A stretch of DNA of 64,000 bases from positions 2,666,001 to 2,730,000 of the forward strand of contig NW_026963317.1 of NCBI RefSeq assembly GCF_036588685.1. The letters run 5' to 3'. Of this stretch, positions 26,101 to 38,100 are shown in pieces. The notes beneath the pieces were generated by a model, which did not search any database, was not told where the DNA came from, and saw only the letters and a program-made list of their open reading frames with translations. The number at the start of each line of letters is the position of its first letter. The first letter of the stretch is position 1. Position numbers and translations under genes: made by a program. The DNA is from Mytilus trossulus. Its lineage: Eukaryota.

Positions 26101-29100
26101 TGGTGAAAACTATTTGAGGACATTTGTCTTGTGTTTTATTTGTTTAATAAATTATGAAGATGGTCACCGCACCTGACAGTCCCCCCCCCCCCCCCAAAAA
26201 AAAAAAAAAAAAAAAGAAAAAAAAAGACTATCAACTGAATATTCATAGTAGAGTCCTATTTCAAGACAATTTACTCATAAAATGTGTTTTGGAGACTAGA
26301 TCCATTGAGAATATTTCATTTTTTTGTAATATTTCACTTAAATAGCAAGAAATTTTAACACATGAGATTACTCACAAGGTCAAAGGTGCATGTACAGCTT
26401 CCCATATTAGGTGTAATACCACCATTGATTTTCCCCTATTATTGTCTTTGTTAAATTTGCACTTTTCAAAAAAATGTGCAGAATTTATCTTTGTTTCAAA
26501 TAAAGAAATAATTGGCATGAGTAAAGTTTTATCCTGTCCAGTACTATAGAAAAAAATTCACATAACATTTCATTGCATATAAGAAAATAACCATCATTGG
26601 AAGTTAACAAATCAAATGTCTCCCCTTATTTTATCTGTGTACAAGGTTTAGTCACCAAGTAACCTCAAGATTACAAAACTTTCTATAGAATTCCCAAATA
26701 AAAAATAATGGTGTTTTGAAATACCCAAGACATATGTTTATGACACAGAAATGTTTTTACTGCAATAAAATGTCGGATTAATTACTTACAACTGTCAAAT
26801 TCAAGGGAATATTTTTTTAGACCTACTTTCGTATACAACAGTATGTGACGTACCATGATTTGGTGGTATTACACCTGTAAAGTTTTAAGCAATAACCATA
26901 AATTGTTTTTGAGATACGGCGCGACATGTAAAAAAAAACTCCCCCTTTTTTTACAAAATACTCAATAACTCAAAAATAAAATTTTGAATCATCACCAAAA
27001 AGTATACAGATCTTAAGATTGATATAACAAAGAAGTCTGTAAAGTTTTAAGCAATAACCATAAATCATTTTTGAGATATGGCGCGACATGTAAAAAAAAC
27101 CTCCCCCTTTTTTACAAATACTCAATAACTCAAAAATAAAATTTTGAATCATCACCAAAAAGTATGCAGATCTTAAGATTAATATAACTAAGAAGTGTGT
27201 AAAGTTTTAAGCAATAATCAAAAATCGTTTTTGAGATACAGTGCAACATGTAAAAGAAAAAAAAAAACCTGTTTTAGTTACAAAGTGCCATAACTCAAAA
27301 AGTTTTAATTTTATTTTCACTAAAAAGTATACAGATCATTTGACCATCATAAGAAACAACTATATTAAGTTTCATTAAATTTGGATAAGTCATTCTCAAG
27401 TTACGGTNNNNNNNNNNNNNNNNNNNNNNNNNNNNNNNNNNNNNNNNNNNNNNNNNNNNNNNNNNNNNNNNNNNNNNNNNNNNNNNNNNNNNNNNNNNNN
27501 NNNNNNNNNNNNNNNNNNNNNNNNNNNNNNNNNNNNNNNNNNNNNNNNNNNNNNNNNTTTGTATACCATAATACGTCCCGTCAAAATTTTGACAGGCGTA
27601 TAAAAATTGTGACACATTTTTTTTTTTTTATCTTGTAAGGCACTTTTTTTTTTACAGTTAGTTCCTCTCTATCTTCTTTAGCTTTTGTCCAAAACACAAA
27701 AAATAAAAGGTTAAAAAAGTCATTTGAAGGCAATTATTCCTAGAAAGATTCAACAAAATTAGACTCATTTGTAGATCTTGTCTAACTGATAATTTTTGCT
27801 ATCTAAAGTGTCTTTTTATCTATTATAAGGTTCAGGAAAATGGACAAAACACTAGAAATAGATAAACATCATCATTATAGAGCAATAACTCTAATAAAGA
27901 TAAAGAGTCTTTCTGCCATTACCTATTTATAGTAGGTTTTGCTGAATATTTTTGCTAATTCAAGTTTCTATCTATCCACTGGTATTATAGTTTTAGATAA
28001 CACCTAACAGACAAAAACACAAAGAAAATGGTAAAAATCAGTATAAAAGGGTAAGAACTCCAATAAGGAAGCATCAGACATTTTAAGCAATTGTGACATC
28101 AATATCAATGTGAGATTGTCTTTACCATTTGGTGCTAATGTAAGAAGACCTGATCGAGGACCACTAAATGTACATTTTGATACTGAAAATGAAGAATCTG
28201 CAAAAAACAAGAAATATGTTATAAGAAAATATAATCATCTAGTAATATTTTTAGGATCATTTATTGGGGAATATATGTAACAGTTTTTTTTCACTATTTC
28301 ATGCCTGCCTGCCAACTGTCACTATTTGCGGGGGATTTCCCCCATGGAGGCTCCCAAATTGAAATTTTGAAAGAGCAATTTTGTCCACAATTTTAAACAA
28401 AACAATTAATTTTACAATGACTTTAGGCTTACAAAAGTATGAAGAAGCCAAACAATAAAATTAAAATGTATTTAAAGGCCCCCTTGAAGTTTTTTTAGGA
28501 CTATGACAGCCATCTTGCACGTAAAACCCCCATGGGCATTTTGAAAAGTTGGCAGGTATGCAGTGAGTAATTACCTAAAAAAAAGGTGACCAAAAACATT
28601 GTTTCTCTACTTATATGCAGGTGTTTACAATTTTTGTTTTTATGGAAGAAATCAGTCCACACACATATTCCTCAACAATCAAGGACTATGAGATAGATTT
28701 CTGCACAAGTTTCAGGCCCATACATACTTCACTTTTAAACTATTTGTATCTGAGCAATCTTGAGGAAGAATAATCCAAACAAGAGGCTCCTAAAGGCCTG
28801 AAAGGCACACTTACACATTTTTATGCAGGTCTTGCATTAATGATATTTTTTGTTGTCACAGTTTACACCATCTTTTCAAAATTAATTGGCAAACAACATG
28901 ATTATGTGAATACTGTCAAAAAAGAAAATAATAACTTTAGCAGTAGTCCAATTATTTCAGTCAACCACTTTTTTGAAAGAAAATTATTCATGTATTCCTT
29001 AAAAAATTCATCATTTAAGGATAATAACTCAAAAATGGAGTCAATTGATTATTCTGAAATAACTTCAAAACATTGGAAGGCATGCTGATCATTATGTTTG

Positions 29101-32100
29101 ATTTCTCTTTTTCTCTTCCATCTCTCATAATTTTTTAATATACCTGTAAACATAAAATGAATCCTGACACAACCTTTTCTATATCTATATCTATAACAGT
29201 TTGGTGATGGAAAAAATGTGACAAATTAGATACTCTAAAGAACATACAAGTTAAGTTTACATGATTAGGACCATCAGTTCAAAGTAGAAGAATTTACGGT
29301 AGGTAATGCATGGCAAAGATAACAGAGCATTGCAAACAGACATAAAGTGATGGCAAAACCTCATATGGACCTTTCGATCAATATGAGTTCAATCAACTAG
29401 TTTGTAGAAGATATTGGTCTATTTTATTCATTTGTAAAGCAATGTATTCCAGGACCTTTTGTCAAGGACAAAATTTGTATATACATCTAAAGTAAGTTCT
29501 TTAATCATACATAAAAATTTCAGCAGGAAGTAATGTATTCTAGGCCGTCATGTTATATAGCATGATAAACACTCATTAACCATATCCATTTCATATGAAT
29601 TGACAGCTTGTTTTCATCAAGTCAGGCAATTCTACCATTACTAACACTATATAAAAGAGTCATATCACATATATACAATCATTCTTGCCAAAGTCAGCAT
29701 TGATATCAAGATGAATTTCTACACCACAGTATTGACACTATTGTTATCTGCAGAGATAGTTATGGGGTCATGTGACACAAAATTAGGTAAATAAAATTAT
29801 TTTATTTTCAACTTTATAAAATAATAAAAATAAAGAATTATTGAAATGAAATTAAATTAAAATGAACTAATAACTGGCTAGAAGCTATTGTTTTGAAGAA
29901 ACTTTTTTGGCTTATAAGATAACAAACATATGTTTTCTTCTTATTTTGTTACATGCAATACAGTGGGTAAAAGATATTGCTTCAAATTATTTTTTTCAAA
30001 TTAAAAGAAAAAAAATCTTTTACTAGTAGTTGGTTCACTACAAGAGTAAGGGAAAATATTAAGCATACATGTTGAATTATGGAGTTGCAAAAAGAACATA
30101 TTAAATATACTTAAATCAAATATTTCATGATGCAATATTTATTTTCAGAGTGTTCACTTCTTGGTGATCTGCTTGAAATGTCAATGAAACAAAAAAGGCC
30201 AGGTTAGTTCATATTTGATTACTTTTATGCTTCTAATGGGTTTGCACAGTCAAAATGCTGCAAATGCATAAACTTTGATTTTATATAGACAAATACTAAA
30301 ATATTTTATTTGTTACAGTTTTCAGAGATGCAGTATAAAGAGAAGAACCATACATTTTCTCAAAATATATTATTTTTTACTTGGTTTGAAACAGGATAGA
30401 AATTTAAAAGCTTGATAATCAATTTCACTCCCTGTCAGATTTCCTCTAAATGCTTTGGTTTCAGAGTTATAAGCCAAAACCTATATTTTACCACAGTTCA
30501 ATCTTTAGCCATGACAGTCATCATGGTTCGTTGACCGGGTCACATTTCAAAGCTCGATACCCAAATGATGATTGTGGTCAAGTTTAGTTAAATTTGGCCG
30601 AGTAGTTTCAGAGGAGAAGATTTTTGTAAAAGTTAACGATGAAGCCTGATGCCAAGTGATGAGAAAAGCTCACTTGGCCCTTTGGGCTAGGTGAGCTAAA
30701 CATGACACACTACAAGGCTTATAAACAGCAATTTTAATAGTTTTCAAGTTTCCTACATTTTATTTTTATGTTTTCTTACTTTCATTTTAGATAAAGGCTG
30801 TCAGTGTTTGAGTAGAACCACAATCCCAGCCTTTCAATCAATGCTGACTAAAGCACAAACCCCTGGAAACAATGGTGCTATCAAATTTGACAAAGTTGTC
30901 ATCAATACACAAAAGGGCTATAACCCTACCACTGGTATTTTTACCACACCACTTGCTGGAATTTATCAGTTCTCTTATACAGTAATGAGTCTAAGTGGAA
31001 AACATCTGGTTGTCTACATTTCTCATAATAATGTCAAGCAACAAATGACATGGCTGAAAGGTTCTAGTTTTGAGACTGGAACAGCTAATAATATATTAAA
31101 TCTGAAGAAAGGAGACCAAGTTGCAGTGAAGTCCGAAGGCAGTTATACTATTCACAGTGATAGTACTAATCTGTACAGCTCATTTTCTGGCTATCTCATA
31201 GCAAAATAAAATATATAATACCATAAGTTTGGTGTTTTTCTTTTTCACTTAAACTAGAGGCTCTGGAAAGTCTGAGTTGCATTCCTAGGTCTATGACCGA
31301 GATGGAGTTGATTACTTTAAAATGTTATTGATTACATTACAATTACTATGGTACTTTAATGTAATCGATTACATTACAATTACATCTAATTCAAATGTAA
31401 TTGATAACTGCTACATTAGATTACTTTTTTTAATAGATAACTTTAAAATGATTACAATATATACTGTGGAATACTCTATGTACATCTTCAACAATGGACA
31501 CTCTAAAATATTGTGGTCAAGAATTGAATTAAATACAAAAATATTTGTTTTCATGATCTTCTTTTGATATTTTTTTCTGTATTAAGTTTCTTTCTAACTT
31601 CTTTACTTATTTTCGAAAACACAAAAAAAAAAAGGATGAAAATAAGATGTGGAGGAACAACACAAATGGTCCTGCTCGCAAAATTACAAAGACCAAAGCT
31701 AATAATAAATAAAATTAAAAAAATGTCACTTGAGCATTCCCGATTAAGGTTAACCCATACATGAAGCTCTTTAAAGCATAAATTACTCCCAAAGAATTTG
31801 TTTGTAAATCTTGCATAAATGATTATTTTTGTTTTTTTACAATTTACTCCATCTATCATTGTTTCTTAAATTATTGGCAAAACATGAAAACATTTAATAC
31901 TGTTAATTTAGGCCAATAATTGTTTTAGCAGTTATCCAATGGTTTCAGTCAACCACTATTTAGAAAGAAAATTATTCATGTTTTATTTATAAAATCATCA
32001 TTTAAGGATAATAACTCAAAAAGGGAGACAATTCTTAAGTAAATGGAAACATTGGAAGACATGTTGATTGATTTTAATCATTTTTTTCCCTTGATCTCTT

Positions 32101-35100
32101 TTTTTTTCAAAATCTGTTCATCTATACACAATTTGGTGATGGATCAAAATGTTACTAACAAGATACTCAAATGAACAGGCAAGCCCAGCAGTTTAATAAG
32201 TTAATGCATGACAAAAATTACAGAGCAGAGCAAATAGGTATAAAGTGATGGCAAAAGCTCACTTTTTGTTCCATATATCACATAGAAGTCAAGGGTTTAA
32301 TCAACTAGTCTGTAGAAGTTAATTTTGGTAGATTTTATTCATACATTATGTATAAATGTATTCTAAAAACTTTTGTCAAATTTAATTTGAACATTCCATG
32401 AAAATTTCAGCAAAAAATGAAATCTAAGCTTTTGAAACTGTTGTCATGTTAGAGTGCATGATAAAAACTCATTAACCATATCCATTACATATTAACTGAC
32501 AGCTGGTTTTCATTGTCAGGCAATTCTACCATTACTAATACTATATAAAATACTCGCATCACAGATACAATCTTTCTTGCCTAAGTCAGCATTGATATCA
32601 AGATGAATTTCTACACCACAGTATTGACACTATTGTTATCTGCAGAGATAGTTATGGGGTCATGTGACACAAAATTAGGTAAATACAATTATATTTATTT
32701 TTACTTTATAAAATAATACAAATATAGAATTATTGAAACGAGGCTAAAATGAACTAATAACTGGCTAAAAGCTATTGTTTTGAATAAAAATTTTTGGCTC
32801 ATAAGATAGCAAACATATGTTTTTCTTATTATGTAACATACAATACATTGGGTAAAAGTTATTGAGACAAAATGAGAGGAGAAAAATGATTTTAGTGCGT
32901 TCACTATAACAGGTAATGGAAACAATTTTAAGCATACATGTTAAATTATGAACTTGCAAAAAGACATTATCAAAGATACATAAATCAAACATTTTATGAT
33001 GCAATATTTATTTTCAGAGTGTTCTCTTCTTGGTGATCTTGTCGAAATGGCGTTGAAACATAAGAGTCCAGGTTAGATTCATATATAATTTATTTTTGGC
33101 TAAAAATGTGCTATTTGTGCAGTTAATATGCTGCAAATGCATAAACTTTTGGTTTTATAATTAATCTTTACATAATTTATGACAGAATTCATTCTTTCAT
33201 ATTACAAGTTTACACAATTGAAGTTTAATAAAATTGAGAAAGGAAATGGTGAATATGTCAAATCGACAACCACCTGACCATAGAGCAGACAACAGCCGAA
33301 GGCAACCAAAAACCTTTTTACCAAGACAAACATGAATAATTTGTTGCTGTTGAACAATGAATTAAAGGAGATGCCATGTTATTTGTCATTGAGACAGCAA
33401 CCCAAATGACAAAAAAACTGAGTTGACTGCATTGTAAAACAGTAACTTGATGATTTATTAAATATTTTTTATTTTGAGGCTGGTTCAAACATAATGTGAA
33501 TGTCTACAATAAAACCCCTTTCATTACACATTATTTTTGCTATCTTCTATGTACATTTTTTAAAATAGCAGTTTGAATATTTTTCAAGTTTTATTCATAA
33601 CTGTCATTTTCATTTTCATTTTCTCTTACTTTCATTTTAGATAAAGGCTGTCAGTGTCTGAGTAGAACCACAATCCCAGCCTTTCAATCAATGCTGACTA
33701 AAGCACAAACCCCTGGAAACAATGGTGTTATCAAATTTGACAAAGTTATCATCAATACACAAAAAGGCTATAACCCAACTACTGTTATTTTTACTGCCCC
33801 TGTTGCTGGAGTTTATCAGTTTTCTTATACAGTCATGAGTCTAAGTGGAAAGCATCTGATTGTCTACATTTCTCATAATAATATCAGGCAACAAACTACA
33901 TGGCTGAAAGGTTCTAGTTATGAGACTGGAACAGCCAATTTTATATTACATCTGAAGAAAGGAGACCAAGTTGCAGTAAAATCTGTAGACAATTATACTA
34001 TTCACACTGATAAAAATTATCCATTTAGCTTGTTTTCTGGCTATCTCATAGCATAATAAAAGATATTATACTACTAGTTTTCCTTTTCATTATCACAAGA
34101 TGCTAGAAAGAACCTTTGTCACTCACCTATGTCCATTTACATCTTGAACAATGGACATCTTCGACCTCGTCCACAAGGAAAAAATAAAAGGGACAACAAC
34201 TCATTTGAAGGCAATTATTCCTAGAAAGATTCAACAAAATTAGACTCATTTGTAGATCTTGTCTAACTGATATTTTTTCCTTGTTTTCAAAATTCCAATA
34301 GGGAACATACTTTATATAATTGTTTAAATAAACCAATTTTTCAAGACGTTTCGGCCAATGGCCTTCTTTAGTTCTTTATTTTTCCTCTCAACTACATGGC
34401 TGACATTACATTCAATCATTGATAAGATGTTTTAGCTAAATGTCCTTGGAAACGTCATGACGTCATAATACTTTAACGTCACAATAACATGACGTCACAA
34501 TACTTTAGCATGAATTAAAGTTAAATTTTATAAGTTTTGATCAATTAAAGTCATTCCTTTTTAACGTTAACTCCAAATGGTCTAATTGTATTAAGTTTTT
34601 GCATCCATTTTGCCTCAATATATCTCCTGTAATTTGATGATTTATCATAAATCTGTTGCAGAACCTGAACTGTGATGTCCTCTTTGCAATGATCCTCTTG
34701 GTTGAAATGTTCTGCCACAGCTGTTTCTCTATTATGTCTGATATCTGCAAGATGTTCTTTTATTCTTTCGTTGAGTGATCTTTCTGTAACTCCAACATAA
34801 ACATAGTGGTTACATTTTTCACAGTGAAGTCCATAAATAAGATTTACTAGTTGACATCCATGAATGTTCTATTTGAGGTTGAATGTTTTATCTCTGAGTA
34901 TAATTTTTTCTTCATTTCTTTCAATATCGCAAACTTCACATTCTTCTTTACATGTTTTGTTGTTGCTGTAGTTGGTACTTTTTTTGGTGATCTTATTTAG
35001 TTTTCCATGTACAATTATGTCTGCTAAGTTTCTATCTCTTCGATAAGCTACTAGTGGTGGTTCTGGAAATATTTCTTTCATCAAGTCACAGTTATGTAAA

Positions 35101-38100
35101 ATATTAATTCTTTTTTTCACAATGTCATGAATATCAGGTAATAAATCTGTAAAGGTTACAACAAGAGGTATGCGTTCTGATGTTTTTTTAATTTTATTTT
35201 TTCTCTGTAATAGCTCTTTTCTATTTAAGTTGTCTGCTCTTTTTAGTTGGTTTTCAATAAATTTTCCGTTGTAGCCTCTTTTTCGCAGTTGTAATTTCAG
35301 TTCTTGTCTATGTTTTTGATAGTCATCTTCATTTTCACAAATTCTTCTTAATCGTAATGCTAAACCATATGGAATTGCCCTTTTTACATTTTTTGGATGG
35401 CATGATTTGCTGTGAACATATATATGTTTATCAGATGGCTTTGTATAAAGGTCTGTCGTTAATTTACCATTTTTTATTTTCACAAGTGTATCCAAGAATT
35501 CAATTTGATTGCTGTTGTACCTAAGTTCCACCTTTATTCTGTCATTTATTGAGTTTGCAAAGTCCATAAATTCCTTGAGTTTTTGTTCGCCATGAGTCCA
35601 AATTCCAAAACCATCATCAATGAAGCGTTTATAAAACAATGGTTTCTCTTTGAATTTTTCCAGTGCTTTATCCCATTGTCGCATATAAGTACATGCAAAT
35701 TTTTTTCCTAGTTTTGACCCTATAGCCACACCTTCATTTTGCAGGAAATCTCTGTCAATTAATCTGAAGTTATTTCCCTCTAAAACTAATTTTATCATTT
35801 GTAGAATATCATTGGTTGGTATTTCTTTATTTTTCCTGGTGTCAAGAGCTTTTTTACATGCTTTTATTCCTTCTTCTCTAGGAATAGATGGGTATAATTT
35901 TACTACATCAAAACAAAACAATATGTTGTTTTTTGGTATTTGCTGTTTTACTTTTGAAAGTTTATCTAAAAAATCGGTAGTATCTCTAATATAACAGGCC
36001 TCTACATTATCATTTTTTCTTACTTGTCCCTTCGGACAAGTTGCAAGAAAATCAACTTGTCTGAACTCATGACTCACTTGTCCGAATTTATAATTGAAAA
36101 TTCTCCATATTGATTATACATGTTATATGCAATAATAACACTTGCCCTTTGGTTGTACCTAATAAAGATCAATAAAGGGAGCATTTTGTTATGTTATATG
36201 AATACTACATCAAAATTCATTTTATTATTTCAGACTGAAGGCTTATTTGCAAGACTGAGCTCTCTAACACATTGTCACTATCATGTGTCGTTCATTAAAT
36301 CATATCTCTTCCCATACCACCTAAGGTTCTCCTATTCATTGACCTATATTCATTCTGAAGTGGTGGTATGGTTTAAATATACCTGGCACCTTGTAAATAA
36401 ACCTTTTTAATTTATTGATGGTGCCAAACAAGATTTTACAATTTGTCTTGATTTTTACATACATTGATATATGATCATGAAGTACATAAAACATTTTAGT
36501 AAAAAATCTGCCTTTTTAGATTTTATCTAATTTTTCCATCTTAACTTATTATTTTAACTTATAGATCTTATTAAATAATACCTTTTTTAATTTAATATTA
36601 CTGTGGATTCATTAATATTCGTTGGATACCAATTTTCCTGGATTTCGTTGAAACAGGAGAACCACGAATCAAATGTTCAACAAATTACAAATTTTCTAAA
36701 GGAATGAGTGTAGACTTTGCCAAAAACCACGAATATGTAAGTTTTCTTCAAACCACGAAAATTGATACCCACGAAAATAAATGAATCCACAGTATGCCTA
36801 AAAGCAAAATCAAATGATACAAACTTTAATTTAAAATTTTAAAGTTAAGGTAAAAGAGGCTTATACTAAGAAGAAACATTTACATTTGATTTCCTTCCCC
36901 TTACTTATTTTCCCCTGGTCAATGGCTGCCAGCATGTTCAAATACGTTCAATCAGAGACATCATATACAAGTTTATATGTCTCTGGTTCAATCAATGAAT
37001 ATTTATTTCATTTTGTATGATCAATAAAACAATCATTCATATTTTTAGGAATGCATAAGTCTTGAATTTGATCTATTAACATCTGACATCGATTTTTTCA
37101 CTTGTCCCATCGGACAAGTTACGTATGATTAATCTACTTGCCCGACACCTATTTCCACTTGTCCCGGACAATTGGACAAACGGTAATGTCGAGCCCTGTA
37201 TAACTTGGTGAGTTGATAACATAGTTGTCTAGTTCCTTTTCTGCTATTTCTGCAATTTTTTCAGTGGCAGTACCTATCCCGTTAACTATTGTTCTGTATG
37301 GTTTGTTTTGTTTGTGGATTTTTTGGTTGCCTTTTAATTTTGCTGGATGTGGATGTTTTGGTATTAAATAAGTTTTCATTTCCCCAGAAATTGATCCCTC
37401 TTTTTTCATCCTATTTACTAACGATTTAACCTTTTTTGTAATTTGATGTGTCGTGTTTTGCTCTGTTTCAGAATAAGTATCATTGTTTGTTATTTCCTCT
37501 TCTAAGTTTCTTAAAATATTCTTCTTTGTTGATAACTACTATTCCTGATCCTTTATCTGCCGAATATTTTTGCTAATTTAAGTTTCTATCTATCCACTGG
37601 TATTATAGTTTTAGATAACAGACAAAAACACAAACAAAATGGTAAAAATCAGTATAAAAGGGTAAGAACTCTAAGAAGGAAGTGTCAGACATTTTAAGAA
37701 ATTGTGACCTATTTGTATATCTTGCTGATAATTTTTGCAATTCAAATGTTCTCTTTATGTTACATTATTTTCAAGATAAAACAAATGTAATTGTTAAAAA
37801 TGACAACAAATGGTTAAATATGTAATTTAAGGGCAATAACTCCTGTAAGAAATCGTCTGACAGTTTTGAAGAAAAAGGCAATAGGTAGATCTTAACATTC
37901 TAAACATGTGTACCCTATCAGATAGATTTTTCTACTTATAGCTGTTAGACAAATCTTGCATTACCCCTATGTTCTATTTGTAGCCAACTCTGCCATGTTG
38001 GTTGTAAAGTGGGTCATGACACAAAATATATATACCCTAATGATGATTGTGTCATGTTTGGCTAACTTTGGTCTCAGAGATTCAGAAGACAAGAGCATTA

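Larger units (their letters stand above)
17846..27606. mobile_element. HINE-like element with ~150-bp internal repeats, hosting the 8.8-kb MITE array; contains a 150-N gap
   Basis: Subterminal ATACGCCCG near 17869 and a terminal hairpin ATACGTCCCGTCAAAATTTTGACAGGCGTAT at 27571-27601. Absent from the paralogous position after gene 4 (~34185). Confidence 0.7.
34312..37560 (-). mobile_element. 5'-truncated, disrupted Penelope-like element (Neptune-type: RT, Cys linker, C-terminal GIY-YIG)
   Basis: ADKG and KIHK..PYRTIV at 37560-37200; FDVVKLYPSI, GVAIGS and RFIDD at 35994-34872. After an in-frame TAG at 34871-34869 the frame continues LIYGLHCEKC..YVG...EH to TGA 34551. Hammerhead-type terminus at ~34340-34380. 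Confidence 0.9.

Noticed and set aside
18093-26875. Repeat-spacer (CRISPR-like) memory array or canonical LTR element
   Set aside because: The spacers are deletion variants of one sequence rather than unique captures, the termini are GG..CC outside TG..CA, and there is no PBS or coding region.
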